DNA of 64,000 bases from the NCBI GenBank assembly GCA_964416905.1, contig CAYQFL010000001.1, positions 94,647 through 158,646 on the forward strand, given 5' to 3'. Source of the DNA: an uncultured Methanosarcinales archaeon (lineage in GTDB: Archaea > Nanobdellota > Nanobdellia > Woesearchaeales > JASKKU01). Positions within the stretch are counted from its first letter, which is position 1, and each line of letters starts with the position of its first letter. Below the pieces are notes generated by a model. The model worked only from the letters and a program-made list of their open reading frames with translations. It was not told the DNA's origin and did no database searches. Below are positions 47,190 through 58,415 of the stretch, one piece after another. The translations under genes were made by a program, and so were the position numbers.

Positions 47190-48603
47190 GCAAACCTACT
47201 TTATTAACATCTGTTATCTTCTTTTCAACCAACCAATCTAAAAATTTCTTTTTTTCCTCTATGTTTTTGTAAACTTCTTCAGGTTTAAGTCCCGCATACA
47301 ATTGCATTGTCTCTAATAATCTTTCAGGTTTATTGAGTTGGACATACTTACCTGTCTTTAAATCATATTGAAAAATCACACGCTCATCTCCTGTTTCTGT
47401 AATTTCTGCTATTTGCAAAGTGACTCTTTTTCCAGTCCGTCTATTCCTATACTGTACCACAAGCATACCTAGTGAAGATAACATAAGTTTGGGAATATCT
47501 ATTGGCGGGTTTGTTAAACGAGATATTGCTTCCTTTGCGTTATTTGCGTGCAAAGTAGCATAAACTGAGTGACCTGTATGCATCGCTTCAAATAAAACCT
47601 CAGCTTCTCTTTTCCTCCTAATTTCTCCAACAATAATTCTGTCAGGACGCATCCTCAAAGAGTTGACAACCAAATCCAGCATCGTAACTTCGCCTTTACC
47701 CTCAGGGTTTGGCAATCTTGTTTCCATAGGCACCCAATGAAGATGTTCTGGCAAAGATAGTTCTCTGGTATCTTCAATGCTAATAATTCTTTGGTTCGCA
47801 GGGAAGAAATTACTCAATGCGTTAAGCATAGATGTCTTACCTGAACCAGTTCCACCTACGATAAGTGTGGAAAGCTCGTATTCCATAGCCAGCCAGATCC
47901 ATGCTGCGATCTCTGAATTGATTGTTTTAGTGAGAATCATATCGGTTATTGTCCAGGGTTTATCAGCAAATTTCCTTATAGTTAAAGTGTTTCCTTTAGT
48001 TGAGATGGGCGCTAAAGTCGCATTAACCCTGTCTCCTGTTTTCAAAGAAGCATCCATTAATGGTTCAAGCACAGTTATATCTTTCCCAACATCTCTACCA
48101 ATTAAAGTTGCGTAATGTCTAATCTTTCTTTCGCTATCCACATATATATTTGTCTTAACCCAACCATACTTCCTATGGTAAGCCCATACTGGCTCTTTAG
48201 CATTGTTAACAACAATTTCTTCTAAATTTTTATCATGAAGAAGGATTTCTATTTTGCCTAAACCTATGCTTTCCTGTATAAGATGATTAACTAAAAAATC
48301 CGAAGTGGGCTTATCTATATGCGGAAAGTATTTCTTTATTAAAACTTTAAGCTCATTAATAAAACTCTCCTCAAGAGATTTATAACCTCCTTCGAATGAA
48401 AAACTTATTGCACCAATATTAACTTTTGATACAAAATCCTCTTTAATTTTCTCAAGAAGCGCCTCAGTTACCTTACTTAAGTTTAGAATAGAAACCAGAT
48501 AAAATGGAACAAACTCATCTTCATAATCAACAATCCTTACACTAACTATCAGTTTGTTAAACTGAATTTCATATTCCTCTAAAAGCTTCTCTCCTCGAAC
48601 CAT
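47158..48603 (-). CDS. FlaI/TadA/VirB11-family type IV pilus/archaellum assembly ATPase
   Basis: Walker A 'GGTGSGKTSMLNAL', Asp box, Walker B and His box ('ATLHANNAKEAISRL') typical of the archaeal FlaI/GspE superfamily. Length is 481 aa. Confidence 0.85.
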   Translation of the reverse strand: MVRGEKLLEEYEIQFNKLIVSVRIVDYEDEFVPFYLVSILNLSKVTEALLEKIKEDFVSKVNIGAISFSFEGGYKSLEESFINELKVLIKKYFPHIDKPTSDFLVNHLIQESIGLGKIEILLHDKNLEEIVVNNAKEPVWAYHRKYGWVKTNIYVDSERKIRHYATLIGRDVGKDITVLEPLMDASLKTGDRVNATLAPISTKGNTLTIRKFADKPWTITDMILTKTINSEIAAWIWLAMEYELSTLIVGGTGSGKTSMLNALSNFFPANQRIISIEDTRELSLPEHLHWVPMETRLPNPEGKGEVTMLDLVVNSLRMRPDRIIVGEIRRKREAEVLFEAMHTGHSVYATLHANNAKEAISRLTNPPIDIPKLMLSSLGMLVVQYRNRRTGKRVTLQIAEITETGDERVIFQYDLKTGKYVQLNKPERLLETMQLYAGLKPEEVYKNIEEKKKFLDWLVEKKITDVNKVGLLVSRYYRNRK

Positions 48604-48604
48604 T

Positions 48605-50719
48605 TTAAACCTTCAATAAACTGTTTTTTATTTTCTCCATTTCCGAGACCATTTTTTGATATAGCTGAGTCATCTGCTCTTTGAGTTTAGCGTTCTCTTC
48701 AAAGAATCCTTGAGGCGACTTTTTCATTAATAGAACCAATTTATGGAATTGTTCACTTGCTGCATCAAACTTTTTCTCAGCAATACTCTTCTCAACATCT
48801 CTAACCAATAACTCAAACAAACGTTTAAACTTTTCATACTCCTTCTTTCTGTCAGATTCAACAGCATTTAAAACTTTAATATAAAGCAAATCTAAGTCCT
48901 TAAGTAGAGCAAGCTTAAACTCGCTGTCTCTTAAAGAATTAACAAGATTTGACATCTTTGAATAAATAAGCATCATCCGTACATAATCCTGCCGTTTCTC
49001 AGAAATCTCAAACAGATTCCTGAGTTTTAAAAACTCAGTTTTTGTTTTGTCTATAATCTGTTGGTTGTTTCTCAACTCTGCCAAGTAGATCTCAATTAGT
49101 TTTTTGAGCAACAAGCTCCTAAGTTGGTTTTTCTCAAAAGAAAACCTATCAGGAATAGAATTCACAAGTTCTTTTAATTTAACATAAAGTTGATTAAACG
49201 AATTTCTATCAGCATTAGCAATAAATTTGTCAAGCTCATTAATGCGATTATAAATATCGCTAAAGATTTTGTTTATTCTTTCTTTATTCTCTTCAAGGTA
49301 TTTTTCTATTAGTTGTGATTCAAGGGAATAAATCTCTTTAGCCAATTCCACCTTCTTTAAAACAAAATATTTGTTACTTATCGAAGACAAGTTTGTTTTT
49401 ACCTGAGAGAGTAAAGCAAGTGCTTCTTCAAGGTTTCCTTCATCATACAAGCGTTGTATTTTAACTAATGAAACTTGGATTTTTTTAAGTGATTCTTGCT
49501 CTTTAGAAAGTTGTTCATCATTTTCATTCTGCAATTCACTTAGGTCTGATTGTGTTTTTGTATCAACACTCATTTTAACTTGAGGATTTCTAGTGGCAGC
49601 ATTATTTTGACTCTTAGAAATTTCTGTATCAAGCTTTTGATTAATTTCCATTAATTCATTAAATAATGCTGCCTTAAGCTGCTCAAGAGTCTTATCATCG
49701 GCTGTTGAGCTACGCTTCTCAAGAGATTTTGTTTCTCCCAAAACTTCCGAACTAAGATCTAACTTGTTAATATCAAACTTTTTTAGCAAATCGTCTTTTT
49801 GTTTCAGGAACTTTTCAAAATACTTGTCAATAGATTTTGTGTCTTCAATTTGATTTTGGAGGACATTTAATGCATCATTAAAATCCTTTTTCTGCTCATC
49901 ACTCATTTGATTAACTTCATAAAAATTCTCGTTCTCAAGAAGTCCAACAATGGCATTATAATTCTCTTCTACAGAATAGGCATCTTCTTTTCTAATACCC
50001 TCAAGCACTTTGTTCACATAATTAAACAAAGATTCTTTTTTAGAATTAATTGACAGATAATTGCGAGTCACTTGAAGTATTAGAGTTAACAGAGAATTCA
50101 AAGAAGATAATCCTTTCTCAGAGAATAATCTATAAAACACTGTAAGAGTTAAATGTATCTTCTTTAAAATTGTAAAATAATTAATCACATCTTGATCTTT
50201 GATTGCTTGCTTGGCTTTCTCAAGCAATGATTCAATCTCATTTGTTAACTCTTTAATCCTAACTTTATCATGCTCCTCTAAAGAAGATGTTGCCTGTGGC
50301 AATACTAAAAGAAATTTTTTGATATAGAGATACAAACTCTTCCACTGGACTAAATCAAGACTGAGTTCTAAAAAAATCAGTTTGTGAACCATTAATTCTA
50401 TTTCCGAGAAATGTTTTTTCAGAGATTCTGAGTCAAATGAAGCAAATTCATAATCGAAATCATTATCCTGCTCATCAGTTTCTGAAGAAGTCGATTTAGG
50501 TTTTTCTTTTTTTACTGAATCGTCAACAAATTTAACAAATGTATTTGTAAGCCTGTAATCAAAAGCGATATAACCCTCTTCTTCAAGGAAATGCAGAATT
50601 TGCTCAAGAATATCCCTTTGTATCCCTGTTTTTTTAGATAATTGATCTACACTAATTTCGCCAGAGTTCTTAATAATGTCTAAAATTGCATCAGCTTCGG
50701 TTTTGACTTCAACAACCAT
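48605..50719 (-). CDS. Winged-helix N-domain plus long coiled-coil protein (704 aa), first gene of the pilus-assembly operon; function unknown
   Basis: N-terminal 'ISVDQLSKKTGIQRDILEQILHFLEEEGYIAF' wHTH-like segment, then ~600 aa of heptad-rich E/K/L/Q sequence. Its stop abuts the FlaI start. Confidence 0.5.
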   Translation of the reverse strand: MVVEVKTEADAILDIIKNSGEISVDQLSKKTGIQRDILEQILHFLEEEGYIAFDYRLTNTFVKFVDDSVKKEKPKSTSSETDEQDNDFDYEFASFDSESLKKHFSEIELMVHKLIFLELSLDLVQWKSLYLYIKKFLLVLPQATSSLEEHDKVRIKELTNEIESLLEKAKQAIKDQDVINYFTILKKIHLTLTVFYRLFSEKGLSSLNSLLTLILQVTRNYLSINSKKESLFNYVNKVLEGIRKEDAYSVEENYNAIVGLLENENFYEVNQMSDEQKKDFNDALNVLQNQIEDTKSIDKYFEKFLKQKDDLLKKFDINKLDLSSEVLGETKSLEKRSSTADDKTLEQLKAALFNELMEINQKLDTEISKSQNNAATRNPQVKMSVDTKTQSDLSELQNENDEQLSKEQESLKKIQVSLVKIQRLYDEGNLEEALALLSQVKTNLSSISNKYFVLKKVELAKEIYSLESQLIEKYLEENKERINKIFSDIYNRINELDKFIANADRNSFNQLYVKLKELVNSIPDRFSFEKNQLRSLLLKKLIEIYLAELRNNQQIIDKTKTEFLKLRNLFEISEKRQDYVRMMLIYSKMSNLVNSLRDSEFKLALLKDLDLLYIKVLNAVESDRKKEYEKFKRLFELLVRDVEKSIAEKKFDAASEQFHKLVLLMKKSPQGFFEENAKLKEQMTQLYQKMVSEMEKIKNSLLKV

Positions 50720-50812
50720 GACGAGAAATAAGTTAAAGAAGTTTAAAAGGGTTTATATTCACTCGCGTGTAAACACAACAAAATAAAAAAGAACGCTTGA
50801 ATAAAAACCTAT

Positions 50813-51490
50813 TTAATTTTTGTTATCCATTGATTCTGTTTTTGGCTTAGAAGAGAACTTTATGTCCTTCTCCTCAAGCTCTGGAACAAGTCGTTTTAAT
50901 TCGTTTGTCAAAAATTTCTTAATTTCATCATTTAATTCTAAATCCAATTCAACATTCACTGTATCATTAGCTAAATCAACTTTTGTTGGCGCTTTTCCTG
51001 TCAAAAGCTCTAAAGAAACATTTACTTTGTCTTTAACATCATCAAAGATTTTTGCAATCTTAAATTTGTACTTTATCTTCCTACCAGCTAAAGGATGATT
51101 AAAATCAACCAAAACTCTTCCACCAGTAACCGATTTCACAACACCAACTTGTCCATTAATCTCCACTTGTAAGCCTACAACAGGATTCAATTTGTATTCG
51201 AAGAACTTTTTCAAAGGAATTAATCTTATTAAATCTCTTGAACGGTTGCCAAATGCTTGCTCAGGTTCCAGTTCAACTTCGTATTCCTTATCAACTTCTT
51301 TATCAACTAAAGCCTCATCAAAACCTTTTACAACAAAACCTTCTCCCAACTTAAACCTTAAAGGTTTAATCCTGGAAGAATCAAAACCTTGCTCTTTTGC
51401 AACAGAAGCTTCATTAGTATCAAATACAGTTCCATCCATCAAATAACCAGTATAAAAAAGCTCAATAAAATCTCCTTTTTTAGCTTTCAT
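50813..51490 (-). CDS. FKBP-type peptidyl-prolyl cis-trans isomerase (long archaeal SlyD/FkpA-like form)
   Basis: The N-terminus 'KGDFIELFYTGYLMDGTVFDTNE' is the FKBP signature. An insert-in-flap/C-terminal extension is present. Confidence 0.75.
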   Translation of the reverse strand: MKAKKGDFIELFYTGYLMDGTVFDTNEASVAKEQGFDSSRIKPLRFKLGEGFVVKGFDEALVDKEVDKEYEVELEPEQAFGNRSRDLIRLIPLKKFFEYKLNPVVGLQVEINGQVGVVKSVTGGRVLVDFNHPLAGRKIKYKFKIAKIFDDVKDKVNVSLELLTGKAPTKVDLANDTVNVELDLELNDEIKKFLTNELKRLVPELEEKDIKFSSKPKTESMDNKN

Positions 51491-51590
51491 GATTTTTAAG
51501 TTGTATTGCTTGCTTTTTAAAAATTTTTTTAACGTAAAACCACTTGAAATCGTAAATAATATAAATAAAACAGAAAAACTTTTTTCATAA

Positions 51591-51663
51591 GCCCTTGTAG
51601 CTCAGTCGGTAGAGCGCATCCTTGGTAAGGATGAGGCCCCGGGTTCAAGTCCCGGCAAGGGCT
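51591..51663 (+). tRNA. tRNA-Thr (anticodon GGU)
   Basis: Cloverleaf folded by eye: acceptor GCCCTTG/CAAGGGC, D-arm GCTC…GAGC, anticodon stem CATCC/GGATG with loop TTGGTAA (anticodon GGT), T-arm CCGGG-TTCAAGT-CCCGG. No CCA is encoded. Confidence 0.85.
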
Positions 51664-51703
51664 TAGCCTTCTTTTTCAAAAAATAGATAAACATATTATC
51701 CTT

Positions 51704-52477
51704 TTGTTAAAGAAAATGTTAACCGATTGTCATGCTCATCTGGATTTTGAAAAAGACAACAAAAACATAGAATTTATTCTAGAAGAGAGCAAAAAACGAA
51801 ATGTTAAGTATATAATTCATGCAGGATTAAATAAAGAAAGCAATTTGTTTGGATTGAAGTTAAACCAAAAAAATAAGATGGTTCTACCGGCCTTAGGACT
51901 TTATCCTGAAGAAGTCGTTAAAAAAACAAATGATGAGATAAAAGAAGAGTTAAAATTTATTGAAGAAAATGTTGATAAAGCTGTAGCTATTAGCGAGGTG
52001 GGTTTAGACAGCACGTATGGTTCTCTAGAAAAACAAAAAGAAGTTTTTGAACAGATCATAAAGATAGCTATAAAGCATAACAAAGCAATGGTTATCCACA
52101 CAAGAAAAGCTGAAAAAGATGTTGTAGAACTCTTAGATAAAGTCATTCCAAACGAAAATCTGTTGTATCGAAAGATTGTTTTTCATTGCTTCACAGGCAA
52201 GAAAAAACTCGTAACTGAAGCACTTAAGCGAGGCTGGTTCTTCTCAGTACCTCCAATAGTTGTAAGAAACCAACAGTTTCAAGAATTAGTCAAGCTTGTC
52301 CCTTTAAACAGACTTTTAACTGAAACAGATTCGCCATTTCTTGGACCAAAAAAAGAAGAGAGAAATTATCCTTGGAACGTTTCTTATTCAATAAAAGAAA
52401 TCGCAAAGATAAAATCAGTAACTGTACAAGAAGCTGAAAACAATATCTTCATGAACTTCACATACCTATTTTTGTAA
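51704..52477 (+). CDS. TatD-family metal-dependent hydrolase/DNase
   Basis: N-terminal 'MLTDCHAHLDFE' and downstream His/Glu/Asp motifs ('VIHTRKAE', 'ETDSPFL'). Confidence 0.75.
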   Translation: MLKKMLTDCHAHLDFEKDNKNIEFILEESKKRNVKYIIHAGLNKESNLFGLKLNQKNKMVLPALGLYPEEVVKKTNDEIKEELKFIEENVDKAVAISEVGLDSTYGSLEKQKEVFEQIIKIAIKHNKAMVIHTRKAEKDVVELLDKVIPNENLLYRKIVFHCFTGKKKLVTEALKRGWFFSVPPIVVRNQQFQELVKLVPLNRLLTETDSPFLGPKKEERNYPWNVSYSIKEIAKIKSVTVQEAENNIFMNFTYLFL

Positions 52478-52497
52478 ATTTCGTTTAAATTAATCCT

Positions 52498-53598
52498 TTA
52501 TTTCTTGTTAAAATACTTAGAATATTTTTTGACGAAATCTTCATACGGGTTTGAAACTGAATCTTTAATCTTTTTCAAAGCTTTCTCTGTATTTCTATCA
52601 AGTTTTATTGAGCCAACAACTTTAACATAGAGGTCTGCACCATTAATACCTTCGCCTTTTATTCTAAACAAGGTGTGTGTTTCTGTGCCTTTAGGTATCT
52701 TTAAAGTGATTTTGTGTTTTGACAGAGTTGGCACTTCAACATGTGTACCTAAAGCTAAATCTATAAAAGAAATTGGTAAAGTAACATAAAGGTCGTTGCC
52801 TTTACGCTTAAACAATTCGTGTTCTTTTACATAAACTCTGATGTAAAGATTTCCTTTAACTCCGGATTTAACTCCAGCGTTGCCTTCTCCTCTAATTCTC
52901 AGAATCTCGCCGTTATTAATCCCTTGAGGAATCTTCACAACAATATGCTTTTCAGTCAACACTCTGCCGGTACCTTTACATTTTTTACAAGGATGTTTTA
53001 TAACCTTGCCTTCGCCATTACATTTCTTACAAACAGTAGTCGTTGAGAATATGCCAAAAACAGTCCTCTTAACGTTCTTTACATAACCATAACCATTACA
53101 CACATCACAGATTTCAGCATCAGAATCATTCACATAACCTTTTCCATTACATGAATCACATACATCGTAGGCCTTAAAAGAAACCTTTTTCTCAGTACCA
53201 TAAAAAACGTCTTCAAGAGTTACTTCTAACTCCATATGAATATCTTCACCGACTTTTCTTGATGAAGAACCTCTCCTTCGATGAGATTCTCCAAAAAACA
53301 TATCAAAAATATCGTCAAAATCAAAGTTAAAACCGAAATCAGAACCAAAATTGCTTCCAGAGAAATCAAAGTCAGCATTTGTACCATATAAATCGTATTG
53401 CCTTCTCTTCTGGTCATCCAGAAGAACAGATGCAGCTTCGTTTATTTCCTTAAACTTCTCACTAGCAGAAGGATCGTCTTTGTTTAAATCAGGATGATAT
53501 TTTTTTGCTAATTTCCTATATGCTTTCTTAATCTCTTCCTTTGTAGCGTCCTTGCTTACACCTAAGATTTTATAATAATCTTTGACCATTTTGAGCAC
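52498..53598 (-). CDS. dnaJ: Chaperone DnaJ (Hsp40)
   Basis: J domain with 'KKYHPDLN', a G/F-rich region, and four CxxCxGxG zinc-finger repeats. Confidence 0.95.
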   Translation of the reverse strand: MLKMVKDYYKILGVSKDATKEEIKKAYRKLAKKYHPDLNKDDPSASEKFKEINEAASVLLDDQKRRQYDLYGTNADFDFSGSNFGSDFGFNFDFDDIFDMFFGESHRRRGSSSRKVGEDIHMELEVTLEDVFYGTEKKVSFKAYDVCDSCNGKGYVNDSDAEICDVCNGYGYVKNVKRTVFGIFSTTTVCKKCNGEGKVIKHPCKKCKGTGRVLTEKHIVVKIPQGINNGEILRIRGEGNAGVKSGVKGNLYIRVYVKEHELFKRKGNDLYVTLPISFIDLALGTHVEVPTLSKHKITLKIPKGTETHTLFRIKGEGINGADLYVKVVGSIKLDRNTEKALKKIKDSVSNPYEDFVKKYSKYFNKK

Positions 53599-53652
53599 AG
53601 GTTTTGGATATAATATTTAATAAAAACAAAAAATAAATTCTAACAAAAGGAA

Positions 53653-55530
53653 TTACTCTTCCTTTTTAAAATCAGCGTCTTTTACGTTTCCTTCATCATC
53701 TTTGTTTTGGCCTTTGTCATTAGCATTATCACTTTGTTCCTTGTTAGCTTGCTGAGATGCTGCTGCATAAAGTTCTGTTGCTAAATCTGAAACCATCTTG
53801 TTTACTTCCTTGCTTAATTTATCGATTTCGTCAAGCTCGGAATCTGTGATTTCAGCCAAGTTTTTCTTTATGACTGCATCAACCTTTGTTTTCAGTTCGT
53901 TAAGCTTATCTTCAATCTCCTTAACTTTATCATCTTTGCCTTTACCTTTTAAGTCATTTAAGGTCTTACCCAGAGAATAAACTAAAGCATCCGCATTATT
54001 AACGATTTCCGCTTTATGTTTCTTCTTTTCATCCTCCGCGCGATGCTTCTCTGCCTCCTGTCTCATTCTCTCTATTTCCTCTTCACTTAGATTAGTGGTT
54101 GCTGTAATCTTTATCTGCTGTTCTTTACCTGTTGCTTTATCCTTTGCAGAAACATGAGTTATTCCATTGGCATCAATATCAAAGGTCACTTCAATTTGTG
54201 GGACACCTCTCGGTGCTGGCGGTATACCTATCAAATCGAACTGACCTAAAAGTTTGTTGTCTTCAGCCATAGGTCTTTCTCCCTGGAACACTCTAATAGT
54301 TACCGCGGTTTGGTTATCCGCTGCTGTAGTAAATATCTTGCTTTTCCTTGCGGGAATCGTTGTGTTCTTAGGTATGATTACCGTCATAACACCACCAAGA
54401 GTTTCAATACCTAAACTTAAAGGAGTTACATCTAATAGCAACAAATCTTTAATCTCGCCAGATAAAACTCCGCCTTGGATTGCTGCTCCTAAAGCTACAG
54501 CTTCATCAGGGTTAACACCTTTATCAGGTTCTTTACCAAGCACATCTTTTATTAATCTCTGTACTGCTGGTATCCTTGTACTACCACCTACTAAAATAAC
54601 TCTGTCTATATCCTCAGGTTTAAAACCACCGTCTTTCAAGGCTTCTTCCAAAGGTGCTTTCAATCTCTCAAGAATATCCTCAATTAATTTTTCAAACATA
54701 GCTCTTGTGAGTTTCCTGTTTAAATGCAACGGGCCGTTATCTGTAGCTGTGATGAAAGGCAGATTAATCTCTGTCTCCATTTTACTAGATAATTCTTTCT
54801 TAGCTTGTTCTGATGCCTCTTTCAATCTCTGCAAAGCAACTTTATCATTACTTAAATCAACTCCAGTTTCTTTCTTAAACTCTTCAATCAACCAATCCAT
54901 GATAGCTCTATCAACATCATCTCCTCCAAGATGATTGTTACCTGCTGTAGACTTAACCTCAAAGATGCCATCACCCAATTCTAAAATGGAAACATCAAAG
55001 GTTCCTCCACCAAAATCAAACACCAAAATTCTATGGTCTTCGCTTTTATCCAAGCCATAAGCTAACGCAGCTGCTGTAGGCTCGTTAATTATCCTTAAAA
55101 CTTCAAGTCCTGCAATTTTGCCTGCATCTTTGGTAGCCTGTCTCTGGGCATCTGTGAAATAAGCAGGACAGGTAATTATTGCCTTTGTTATTTTCTCTCC
55201 CAAGTACTCTTCAGCATCTCTCTTGAGCTTTTGAAGAATAAATGCTGAGATTTGTTGAGGAGTATACTCTTTACCATCAATATTAACTTTATAATCTTCC
55301 CCCATCTTTCGTTTAATACTCATTACTGTATGATTTGGATCAATAATAGCTTGCCTTCTTGCAGGCGTACCTACTACAATCTCCCCATTCTTAATGTGAA
55401 CTACGCTCGGAGTAGTTCTTTCACCTTCAGCATTTGGTATAATTACTGGCTTTCCTGCTTGAAGGATTGCCATTGCCGAGAAGGTAGTTCCTAAATCAAT
55501 TCCCAATATCTTTTCACTCATGTTTATCAC
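53653..55530 (-). CDS. dnaK: Chaperone DnaK (Hsp70)
   Basis: 'GIDLGTTFS', 'DLGGGTFD' and a 625-aa Hsp70 architecture. Confidence 0.97.
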   Translation of the reverse strand: MINMSEKILGIDLGTTFSAMAILQAGKPVIIPNAEGERTTPSVVHIKNGEIVVGTPARRQAIIDPNHTVMSIKRKMGEDYKVNIDGKEYTPQQISAFILQKLKRDAEEYLGEKITKAIITCPAYFTDAQRQATKDAGKIAGLEVLRIINEPTAAALAYGLDKSEDHRILVFDFGGGTFDVSILELGDGIFEVKSTAGNNHLGGDDVDRAIMDWLIEEFKKETGVDLSNDKVALQRLKEASEQAKKELSSKMETEINLPFITATDNGPLHLNRKLTRAMFEKLIEDILERLKAPLEEALKDGGFKPEDIDRVILVGGSTRIPAVQRLIKDVLGKEPDKGVNPDEAVALGAAIQGGVLSGEIKDLLLLDVTPLSLGIETLGGVMTVIIPKNTTIPARKSKIFTTAADNQTAVTIRVFQGERPMAEDNKLLGQFDLIGIPPAPRGVPQIEVTFDIDANGITHVSAKDKATGKEQQIKITATTNLSEEEIERMRQEAEKHRAEDEKKKHKAEIVNNADALVYSLGKTLNDLKGKGKDDKVKEIEDKLNELKTKVDAVIKKNLAEITDSELDEIDKLSKEVNKMVSDLATELYAAASQQANKEQSDNANDKGQNKDDEGNVKDADFKKEE

Positions 55531-56080
55531 CTCGTTTTACAACAACAACTTTTGCTGGTCTGATCAAAGTATCATTAAGGAAGTAACCTTTTTGGACCAC
55601 ATCAATAATCTTGAGGTCCTCTTCATTATCATCATATTTAACTAAAAGAATCTCACAGGTCTTTGGGTCAAATTTTTCGCCTAAAGGATTATAAGGCTTC
55701 AACCCTTCCTGTTCCAATAAAGATAATAACTGTGAAAATATCAATTCAACCCCTTTAACAAAAGGGTCATCCTCTTTTAGTTTAGAATCCCTAAGCGCCA
55801 ATTCAAAGTTATCTAACACAGGCAATATCTTCTCAATGATTCTCCTGCTTGAATTTTTAATCAAAAGCTCTTTCTCACGCTGAACTGTTTTCCTGTAATT
55901 ATCAAAATCTGCAGCCACTCGTTTGACTAATTGCTCAAGCTCTTTCTTTTCTTTCTCAAGTTCCTGAATCCTTTTTGAAGAATCTTCATTTGTTTGCTTA
56001 GATTCAATTTTATCTTTCTCCTCGTTATTCTTTCCCTGAGTTTTATGTTGAGAATTCTTTTGTTCTAATTTTTTTGTCAT
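55514..56080 (-). CDS. grpE: Nucleotide exchange factor GrpE
   Basis: Coiled-coil N-terminus and GrpE C-domain. It sits immediately upstream of dnaK and overlaps it by 17 nt. Confidence 0.85.
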   Translation of the reverse strand: MTKKLEQKNSQHKTQGKNNEEKDKIESKQTNEDSSKRIQELEKEKKELEQLVKRVAADFDNYRKTVQREKELLIKNSSRRIIEKILPVLDNFELALRDSKLKEDDPFVKGVELIFSQLLSLLEQEGLKPYNPLGEKFDPKTCEILLVKYDDNEEDLKIIDVVQKGYFLNDTLIRPAKVVVVKRGDKHE

Positions 56081-56294
56081 TTTCTTTTCAACCTCTATTT
56101 GCTTTTAGTGGTTTTGTAGCAGTCCCCATTTTCGTTAAATTTAAGTCAACGATGTTGATTTTAGATAGACAGAAACATAAAAGTTATTTAAATGTTTCGT
56201 TAAAAGTTACTTAAGAAATATTTATAAACAGACCGAGTTTACCCTCTCTCGGATGGTCTGGTAGACTATAGCTAGACCATGCCAGGTGAATAAA

Positions 56295-56750
56295 ATGGCA
56301 CGAATGTATTCTAGGAAAAAAGGTAAAGCTAGTTCAAAGAAACCGTTAAAAAAAGAAGCCAAACATTGGCAAAGATATTCTGCTAAAGAAATAGAAAGAT
56401 TGATTGTAAAGCTCGCAAAAGAAGGAAATTCCGCTTCAAAAATTGGTTTAATATTAAGGGATTCTTACGGAATTCCTGATGTTAAGGAAGCTTGCGGAAA
56501 AAAGATAACGCAGATTTTAGATGAAAAAGGAATTAAATCAGAGCTTCCTGAAGATTTATTAAATCTGATGAGAAAAGCAAACGCAATAAGGAAGCATTTA
56601 GAACTAAATCACAAAGATATGACTGCAAAGAGAGGTCTTCAGATAACTGAGTCTAAGATCAGACGACTTGCAAAATACTATATTGCTAAAGGTAAATTAC
56701 CAAAAGGCTGGAAGTATACTCCAGAACTTGCTGAATTGGTTTCAGCATAA
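56295..56750 (+). CDS. rps15: 30S ribosomal protein uS15 (S13e-type archaeal S15)
   Basis: '[17 protein letters not shown]…' is the archaeal/eukaryotic S15/S13e N-terminus. The start was set at the second Met of the tracked ORF. Confidence 0.85.
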   Translation: MARMYSRKKGKASSKKPLKKEAKHWQRYSAKEIERLIVKLAKEGNSASKIGLILRDSYGIPDVKEACGKKITQILDEKGIKSELPEDLLNLMRKANAIRKHLELNHKDMTAKRGLQITESKIRRLAKYYIAKGKLPKGWKYTPELAELVSA

Positions 56751-56919
56751 TTTTTTATTTTTTATCTAATTCTTTTTCTTTTAGAGTATAGTTTTTGAAG
56801 ATTAAAATAGATGCTTAAAGCATAAAAATACTAAAATAAGCTCAACAAAATATAATATTAAAAAGTACTACGAAAGTATAAAAAACCTTTTAAAGTAAAC
56901 AATCGAAAGCATAACTGAA

Positions 56920-58365
56920 ATGATTAGCAGCAACGAAAAAGAGCGGGAATTTCTACAAAGTATTAAAGAAGCGGCGCAAAAGTTCAAAGAGATAAAACCA
57001 CACAGAGTAAGATTAATCTCTCATTTAGATGCTGACGGCATTTCTGCAGCAGCAATTCTTGTAAAGATGTTAAACCGTGAAGGAATCCTTTATAATTTAT
57101 CAATCGTCCAAAAAATAAGTTCTAGATTGTTAAATGTAATTAAAAAAGATAATTCCGAAGTTGTTATTTTCTCTGACCTTGGTTCAGGGAATCTTAATGA
57201 AATAATCTCCTCGTTAAGCTCTAAAAAAGCTGTTTTCATACTAGACCATCACGAAACCGATTTTGAAAGGTCAAAACTTCCAAACAACATCTTCTTCGTA
57301 AATCCGCACAATCACGAAATAGATGGAAATTCCGAAATTTCTGGAAGCGGGGTATCTTATTGGTTCTCGTATTTTATCAGTCCCGAAAACAAAGATTTAT
57401 CCTACTTAGCTATCGTAGGTGCAATTGGAGATATTCAAGAAGAAAATGGTTTCAAAGGGTTAAACAAAGAAATTTGCGAACATGCAATCGAGACAGAAAA
57501 TCTTATAGTTAAACAAGGGCTAAAGTTGTATGGCTCCTACTCAAGACCTTTGCACAAACTACTTGAATTTTCCACAGACCCCTATCTGCCAGGATTAACC
57601 GGTTCAGAAAGCAATTCTATCCAATTCCTCAAGAGTTTGAACATACCTCTAAAAAATAAGGACGGCTCCTGGAGAAAGTTTGTTGACCTAAATGAGGAAG
57701 AGCGTAAAAGGTTAATTTCTGGGTTAGTAATGGTACTCGCAAATACTCAGCAAGCTAATCCCGAAGATATTATTGGTTTAGTTTACGAAATAAGCAAAGA
57801 GCCTGAGGGTTCCCAGCTAAGAGATGCTAGAGAAGTTGCAACATTCTTAAACGCATGCGGTCGTTTAGGAAAAGCATCTGTTGGAATTGCAGTTTGCCTG
57901 GACAATGAAAGGCTAAAGAAGAAATCCAATCAAATCCTTCTTGATTACAAAAAAGAAATCATCCGTATGATGAAATGGTTTAGAGCAAACCAGGATAACC
58001 CGGATGTTGTATTAAAAGGAGACAACTATCTTATCATAAATGGTAGAGAAAATATAAAACACACTATGATCGGCACCTTTGCATCAATACTTTCCAAGTC
58101 ACTAAAATTACCTGAAGAAACTCTAATCTTATCTTTAGCTCATATTCCTGAAGAGAATCTAATAAAAGCTAGTTTGCGTAGCAACTATCCAAAAACAAAC
58201 CTGAAAGAAGTGATTGAAAAAATAAGCGAACGCGTTGATAGCAGTGAATTTGGAGGTCATAAGAACGCTGCAGGTGCATTCATACCAATTGAAAAAGAGC
58301 AAGATTTCATAAAACACGCCCAAGAAGTGCTTTCCTTCATGGCAATTGAAGAACGAATCGATTGA
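56920..58365 (+). CDS. RecJ/Cdc45-like DHH-family nuclease (archaeal GAN/RecJ-like paralog 1)
   Basis: DHH motifs 'ISHLDADGISAAAIL' and 'ILDHHE', and DHHA1 'GGHKNAAGAFIP'. Confidence 0.75.
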   Translation: MISSNEKEREFLQSIKEAAQKFKEIKPHRVRLISHLDADGISAAAILVKMLNREGILYNLSIVQKISSRLLNVIKKDNSEVVIFSDLGSGNLNEIISSLSSKKAVFILDHHETDFERSKLPNNIFFVNPHNHEIDGNSEISGSGVSYWFSYFISPENKDLSYLAIVGAIGDIQEENGFKGLNKEICEHAIETENLIVKQGLKLYGSYSRPLHKLLEFSTDPYLPGLTGSESNSIQFLKSLNIPLKNKDGSWRKFVDLNEEERKRLISGLVMVLANTQQANPEDIIGLVYEISKEPEGSQLRDAREVATFLNACGRLGKASVGIAVCLDNERLKKKSNQILLDYKKEIIRMMKWFRANQDNPDVVLKGDNYLIINGRENIKHTMIGTFASILSKSLKLPEETLILSLAHIPEENLIKASLRSNYPKTNLKEVIEKISERVDSSEFGGHKNAAGAFIPIEKEQDFIKHAQEVLSFMAIEERID

Positions 58366-58415
58366 TTTAAGCGAAGAACAATTAAAGAATAAATAGACAA
58401 GGAAAATATAAGATT

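Noticed and set aside
54254-54934. 226-aa ORF antisense within dnaK
   Set aside because: S/L-rich antisense translation of a highly conserved gene. It is spurious.
56250-56285. 7-bp hairpin (atggtct…agaccat) upstream of rps15
   Set aside because: A short stem with a 14-nt loop in a promoter region. It does not have enough structure to call a riboswitch or ncRNA, and no tRNA-like fold is present.
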